Virus record (IMG/VR): IMGVR_UViG_3300023218_000062
Length of the DNA stretch: 64,000 nt
Origin: a virus
Lineage: Duplodnaviria > Caudoviricetes
Reading direction: 5' to 3' (one strand)
Shown: positions 59,162 to 64,000 of the stretch, piece after piece
How positions within the stretch are numbered: position 1 is the first letter of the stretch
How the letters are laid out: each line of letters starts with the position of its first letter
The notes under the pieces: model-generated
The model's input: only the letters and a program-made list of their open reading frames with translations
Told to the model about the DNA's origin: nothing
Database searches by the model: none
Made by a program: the position numbers and the translations under genes

Positions 59162-62092
59162 TCACAGCCGTTGTTTTATGGTTTTAGAGTCTAATTTTTG
59201 CACTAACTCTACATCATCTACACTTATACTAGGTTGCAAAATTTCACTTTCTTTAGCGACTATCTCAAATAAATCCCCGAAATTATTATCCGGAGATTTT
59301 GGTACTAGTACGACTGATTCTATTTCAGACGATAATTCATTGTGTATAGCTGACGCCAATTCTGTAAAATAGAATGGCTGCCCAAAATTCCAAGCATTTA
59401 TGTTGAAAAACCTATTGACAACAGTAACTATATCGTTTTTTATTCTATTGTTACTTGATACACTATTAGGTGATTTTACTACTTTTATTATGGCTTGTAG
59501 TTCTCGGTTGGCTTTGGAGCCTATTATGGCTTTTATTTTTCCGGGATGTAATATAAGACTATCAGATATCATTTTATTTTCTATAAGATCCCCAAAAGAA
59601 GATTTCAGTTCAAATGAGGATGGTGGTATTGGTTCATTTTCTATTCTTCCATTGAGCCATTCTCTTACATTGCTATAGTAGCCGCGAGTTATAATGAATG
59701 AATCTATTATATTGGTTGCGGTTGGATCTATTAAATGATATCTAGGAGTCCTATGTAGCCATAAGAAATTTAAACCTTCTACACCCCTTTCTCGTTTCCA
59801 CAAACGATCCTCTGATGGTTTGCTCTGTTCTTCTTGCCATTCTTCCACTATACCTTCCCTAAATGGTACAAACTGCCATGGAGAATTGATATTCTCTCTA
59901 GAAAAATATACGTATGATGTTTCTGTCAATATATAATCTAATGATACTGAATCAGGTATACCATTTTCATCTTCATCTGTGGGGAGAATACTCAAACTAC
60001 TAAAGTCACATACTCCAGTATTTACACCTTTGTCAAATCTCTTTCCTTGGATTACAAAAAATCTTTTATTCTCTGAAAGGGTATTTCCATCTGACCCGAC
60101 ATTGGCTTTTAATATAACAATATTATCCTTATTGGAATTCAATGTATCATATGTTATTACTCTTTTCTCACCATTGGTAGAAGTAAATATTATTTCTTCA
60201 CTATGCGCGGTTAAATCTTTTGTTCTAAACGTTACTAACCAACTGTTGTCTGATTGTGATTCTATTGAAATACTCCAATCAGTTGGTTCAGTTGCTATTT
60301 GAAAGCTCCATCTATTATCAGATTGATCATTTTGGATATTCAATCTCATATATATGGTATTTGGTGCTGATATTATTATATTATTTAATGCTGCTGATAA
60401 TTCCACTAACTCTTCTTCAGAAAAATTGAATTTGATAAATTCGGGAGAAACTCCATTTAATATCATAGAATTATAAAAGTCTTGTCTTCTGAATATGGGT
60501 TCTATATGGTTAGATATGATGGAGTTAATTAATGGAATATTTAGTCCTCCATCTTCGGCAGGTAATTCATCAGACGTTATATTAAATGTTTTTTCTTGTG
60601 TATCAAAGAATAATACTAAATCGTCACCAAAAAGTTTTACATTTTCATAATATTCTTTGGGATCATGCCAGCCTATGAATTTTGAATCTCCCGCAAATGT
60701 TCTATTAATGGCTCTTAATTTCAGAATGCTATTATTCTGAAGCATAAATTCATTATAGTCTCTCCCGTTTACCATACGATCTTGTGTATAGTATACTGAG
60801 GGGGCAACTTCCCTAATTCTTTCTATTGACTCTGTTGGGGCAGAATTTTGTATGGGTGAAAATAAACTAAATGTAAATGTAAAGGATTCCAATCTACCTT
60901 CATCGCCAGTATAGCCAAACCCACCTGATTTATTCTGGATAGCATTTCTAGGAATTGCTAGTGATGAGTTTTCACTATCAAACTCGGTCACTCGATACCA
61001 TACATCAAATTTACCCGACGGAATGTTTGCAAAATTTCCATCGCCGAATAGAAGTTTTACGCCATCATTTGCGAGTGTTTCAATTTCATACTTATTTCTA
61101 TTCGGTGAGGTATTAAATAAAATATTTTGGGAATTAGCAACATCAACTTGTTGCCATTCTCCTTGTCTGGGTTCATTATATCGCTCTCCCCCTGATATTA
61201 TTTCATTAGTCTCGCTGTCTATATTGTTAACCCAAACGTCAGTTTCATTTATTGATGTAGCATCTATAATTTTTTCTTGGTTAGGTAATATCCCATCAAA
61301 TTCAAATGTTTGTCGCTGTAAGTTTCCTTGTTTGGTTAAAAAGAAAAATCCAGTGTTGTTCGATGAATCGCCTAGCCCATCGCTAGCGTATAAAATGTTC
61401 ATTTTCTGGTTTCGTTCTGGGCGCTTTTCTTTAGGACCAAATTCCGACAATTCTGCACTTACTAGTTCCATATTATGTGTTACGTTAGAAACTGTTATAT
61501 TATAACCAATGGTTTCATTTCTCAATGGATTATTTGTAAGGGTATATAATTCGAATAAAACATCTTGGACTTGAACTCTGTCAGACGGAAGAACTGTTCC
61601 AAATTTTTGTTCCATAACCTTTTCCATGACCGATATGAATTGTTCTTTCCAATTTGGATTATTTGGATCATTCCATAGTATAGTGGTATTGGTTAAATTA
61701 TTACCATTACTGTCGAAAACGTTTTCTGTAGTACTTATAGACGTTATCTTTACTAGACCTCTTGCAGGTATTAATCTTGATGGGTTATAAGATATATACT
61801 TGGCTAATCTTAATACGGATTCTTTTCGTTCTGCCGTTGATAAAAAATTTTCGTGTGTATTAAGGTCTATTCGATATGCTAATAATTCTCCAAGATAAGC
61901 AAACAATTCTATTATTGCTATCATATCAGAGGTTTCAATGTAGTCGTTAAAGTCTTCTGGATAATATAATTTCAGATAATCAACCATAGATTGTTTTATG
62001 GTTTCATAATCCCAAGCCTTAAAGTTTATTTCTTGAAAGGCATCGTATGCTCTTTCCCAGTTTTCTGCAATGTTTGGTTGTCTCTTATCCAT
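59162..62092 (-). CDS. baseplate wedge protein (T4 gp6-like)
   Basis: YPEDFNDY, IELFAYLGE, ESVLRLA..I.Y.P and QDRMVNGRDY. Confidence 0.9.
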   Translation of the reverse strand: MDKRQPNIAENWERAYDAFQEINFKAWDYETIKQSMVDYLKLYYPEDFNDYIETSDMIAIIELFAYLGELLAYRIDLNTHENFLSTAERKESVLRLAKYISYNPSRLIPARGLVKITSISTTENVFDSNGNNLTNTTILWNDPNNPNWKEQFISVMEKVMEQKFGTVLPSDRVQVQDVLFELYTLTNNPLRNETIGYNITVSNVTHNMELVSAELSEFGPKEKRPERNQKMNILYASDGLGDSSNNTGFFFLTKQGNLQRQTFEFDGILPNQEKIIDATSINETDVWVNNIDSETNEIISGGERYNEPRQGEWQQVDVANSQNILFNTSPNRNKYEIETLANDGVKLLFGDGNFANIPSGKFDVWYRVTEFDSENSSLAIPRNAIQNKSGGFGYTGDEGRLESFTFTFSLFSPIQNSAPTESIERIREVAPSVYYTQDRMVNGRDYNEFMLQNNSILKLRAINRTFAGDSKFIGWHDPKEYYENVKLFGDDLVLFFDTQEKTFNITSDELPAEDGGLNIPLINSIISNHIEPIFRRQDFYNSMILNGVSPEFIKFNFSEEELVELSAALNNIIISAPNTIYMRLNIQNDQSDNRWSFQIATEPTDWSISIESQSDNSWLVTFRTKDLTAHSEEIIFTSTNGEKRVITYDTLNSNKDNIVILKANVGSDGNTLSENKRFFVIQGKRFDKGVNTGVCDFSSLSILPTDEDENGIPDSVSLDYILTETSYVYFSRENINSPWQFVPFREGIVEEWQEEQSKPSEDRLWKRERGVEGLNFLWLHRTPRYHLIDPTATNIIDSFIITRGYYSNVREWLNGRIENEPIPPSSFELKSSFGDLIENKMISDSLILHPGKIKAIIGSKANRELQAIIKVVKSPNSVSSNNRIKNDIVTVVNRFFNINAWNFGQPFYFTELASAIHNELSSEIESVVLVPKSPDNNFGDLFEIVAKESEILQPSISVDDVELVQKLDSKTIKQRL

Positions 62093-62096
62093 TTAG

Positions 62097-62471
62097 TTAT
62101 CCAAAAAAGTTCAATTTTATATCTAGTGTATCATTAAAATTAAGTTCTAAGTATAAAAACTCTATTCGTATATTTACAGTTTTAGCATCAGCCTCTGGTT
62201 CTATTGAAAAATTTATAGGTTGTATTCTAGGATCAAAATTCAAAATTTCTATGACATCTTCTTCTATAATAGATAGTGTTGTATCATCTAAGGGTTCAAA
62301 TAAAAGATCTGGTATTCTAGAACCAAACCGAGGCATCATTACTCTTTCCCCGCGTTTAGTAAAAATATAATTTAATAAATCTTGTTTTACCAAATCGGAA
62401 TCTTTAAGCATAATACTTTTATTTTTTTGATACTGATTAAAGGAAATTCCTTTATAAAAAACTTGGTCCAT
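62097..62471 (-). CDS. baseplate wedge subunit (gp25-like)
   Basis: LVKQDLLN..FTKRGERVMMP.FG..I..LLFEP and DPRI. Confidence 0.92.
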   Translation of the reverse strand: MDQVFYKGISFNQYQKNKSIMLKDSDLVKQDLLNYIFTKRGERVMMPRFGSRIPDLLFEPLDDTTLSIIEEDVIEILNFDPRIQPINFSIEPEADAKTVNIRIEFLYLELNFNDTLDIKLNFFG

Positions 62472-62498
62472 TGTTATACTTATTTAAGTTAATTATAT

Positions 62499-62543
62499 TT
62501 ATCAAAAAGCAAAGAGCCCCGTCCTTCAGAGCGGGGTTGACAA
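62499..62543 (-). terminator. hairpin resembling an IS200/IS605 end, followed by a T-tract and a late promoter
   Basis: Minus strand GTCAACCCCGCTCTGAAGGACGGGGCTCTTTGCTTTTTGATAAATA. Confidence 0.45.
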
Positions 62544-62548
62544 GAGAA

Positions 62549-62899
62549 TCATCTTCTCCAGAATGGACCTCTATCATTAACATCATCTCCTTCAATTCTA
62601 CCAATGGGTTCTGTATTCCTTTTTTCGCCATCATTGGTATATTGATCTATCCAGTCTACATTGTTTTTATATCCATCATTTTCTTCATTTTGTTTATCAT
62701 CCTCTACGTCACCTTGATCTATTTTCATAACTCTAGGCCACGGTTCATGCATAGGTACCCTGTTAGTCCATGGTGAAATTTCTGTTAAAGATACTTTTGA
62801 TTCCATGGCTATAGGAGGCTGTGCAGATTCAAATAAAGGTGCGAAATTTTCAAATTCTCGTACCACTTCTTCATTTATAGTCCATTCATTAGTATTCAT
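62549..62899 (-). CDS. small baseplate-region protein (spike C-terminal-like)
   Basis: WTNRVPMHEPWPRVM motif; ATGA overlap with the upstream gene. Confidence 0.55.
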   Translation of the reverse strand: MNTNEWTINEEVVREFENFAPLFESAQPPIAMESKVSLTEISPWTNRVPMHEPWPRVMKIDQGDVEDDKQNEENDGYKNNVDWIDQYTNDGEKRNTEPIGRIEGDDVNDRGPFWRR

Positions 62900-64000
62900 A
62901 CGATTTGATTCAATCCATTTAAAAATTCTTGGTAAATTACAGCAGTAGCTGTTAATTCACTATAATCGAAGTTGTTTACCTGACCTTGGTCATCTTGTAC
63001 TAGTTTATTTAAACTATTAATTGTTCTAGAATGATCTGCAAGTTCATTTTGTAGCTCTACTAATGGTTCTAAATCTTCAAAACCTATATTAGCATTATGT
63101 GAATCTACTAAACCATTATATTCTTTTATCTCATCCCGAAAACTATTTATATTTAGAGTATATCTCTCTATTTCGGCTCCATTATCTGTTACTGTTGCAC
63201 TCGCTAAATTAGACAATGCAAAGTTGATTTCTTCAATTATGTCTTTAATTTGATCAACTGCAGATTCAAATGCATTTTCGCCTGTAGCAACCCCGGAGGT
63301 TAAATTGTTTAATGATCTATCTAGTTTATCTTTATGCCGCTCTGCCCAATCTTTGAAATTATTAAGTGTCCAACCACCTAGATCTGCATTTATAGTACCA
63401 AATAAATTTGTTGGTATGGGATTGAAACTGTCTATGTTTAATGGGTCTGCAACATTAATACAAAAATCAAAATTAAATTCAGGTAGATTAATTGCAGAAA
63501 GTTGTAAGCTAGGTGGTTGTGGAAACTGTGGAAGCGATGGTATAACAAAACCATCTGGTAAAGGGTTAAGCCATTTATCTACCATAGTTTGTAGACTCTG
63601 TTGAGTAGTAAACATGAAATCATTCACATTAGTTTCTATTTGTTCTAAGCTCTTGTTAATGTCGGAAATACGGGTGTCTAATTTTCCTGTTGTGTCGCTT
63701 ATTCCATTTTGTACTTTCATTAACATTTCATTAACAGCATCCATTTTTATTTCACTCTCATCAAAAGACACATTCACACCACCATCTATTCTTAAGCATT
63801 GGCTGGAGAGCAGTTCTCCATCAATGCCCGGTTCTCCATCTATTACTTCGAACCCTGTATACACTTGTTGTGCTATTTCTTTGCTACTCTGCATTACCGC
63901 TTGTCCAACGGTAAATATGTTTATGGCGGGGTTCCTCATTGTTATCTGATTCTGTCCCGCATTAGATTTTAGTTTCATATTCTTCTCTAGAGCTTCTAAT
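62896..64000 (-). CDS. 5'-partial baseplate-region structural protein (possible hub/spike)
   Basis: Frame is open to the window edge (LEALEKN-MKLKSN...); assignment from synteny only. Confidence 0.55.
   Translation of the reverse strand, partial: LEALEKNMKLKSNAGQNQITMRNPAINIFTVGQAVMQSSKEIAQQVYTGFEVIDGEPGIDGELLSSQCLRIDGGVNVSFDESEIKMDAVNEMLMKVQNGISDTTGKLDTRISDINKSLEQIETNVNDFMFTTQQSLQTMVDKWLNPLPDGFVIPSLPQFPQPPSLQLSAINLPEFNFDFCINVADPLNIDSFNPIPTNLFGTINADLGGWTLNNFKDWAERHKDKLDRSLNNLTSGVATGENAFESAVDQIKDIIEEINFALSNLASATVTDNGAEIERYTLNINSFRDEIKEYNGLVDSHNANIGFEDLEPLVELQNELADHSRTINSLNKLVQDDQGQVNNFDYSELTATAVIYQEFLNGLNQIV

Noticed and set aside
1-64000. Genome-wide stop-codon reassignment
   Set aside because: Long genes translate fully in the standard code, TGA and TAG end ordinary genes, and the internal stops differ in type and expected residue (W, K, S).

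Overview
AT-rich segment (roughly 30% GC by eye) of a large lytic myovirus, probably a jumbo phage with T4-like replication and tail modules. It uses the standard genetic code and most genes are on the minus strand. (1) 1-13 kb: a minus-strand tRNA cluster (Ser x2, His, Trp, Met, Arg, Phe, Asp, Ala, Gly, plus degenerate copies) mixed with small accessory and anti-defence genes (Lar-like, Acb2/Tad1-like, Bfd-like, DUF3307, sulfotransferase, DUF285), several of them interrupted. (2) 12-21 kb: ATP-grasp, M15 peptidase, class II RNR and thymidylate synthase. (3) 17-29 kb: putative virion proteins with Pro/Thr/Ser repeats next to a glycosyltransferase/sulfotransferase cluster that includes a GT60-type GlcNAc transferase. 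(4) 29-37 kb: Nudix, RNase H-like exonuclease, probable clamp and family-B DNA polymerase. (5) 37-64 kb: head completion nuclease, GroES, tail tubes, a free-standing homing endonuclease, sheath, tail terminator, a split protease-adhesin and baseplate genes including a 3122-aa protein. The most unusual signals are: a circularly permuted tRNA domain inside one of three related structured RNAs in the tRNA cluster; an 8/4 tRNA-Ser; an Acb2/Tad1-like gene with UGA at its conserved Trp; and near-identical mucin-like repeats shared by four genes beside a glycosylation/sulfation cluster. All family assignments come from motif recognition by eye; no searches were run.
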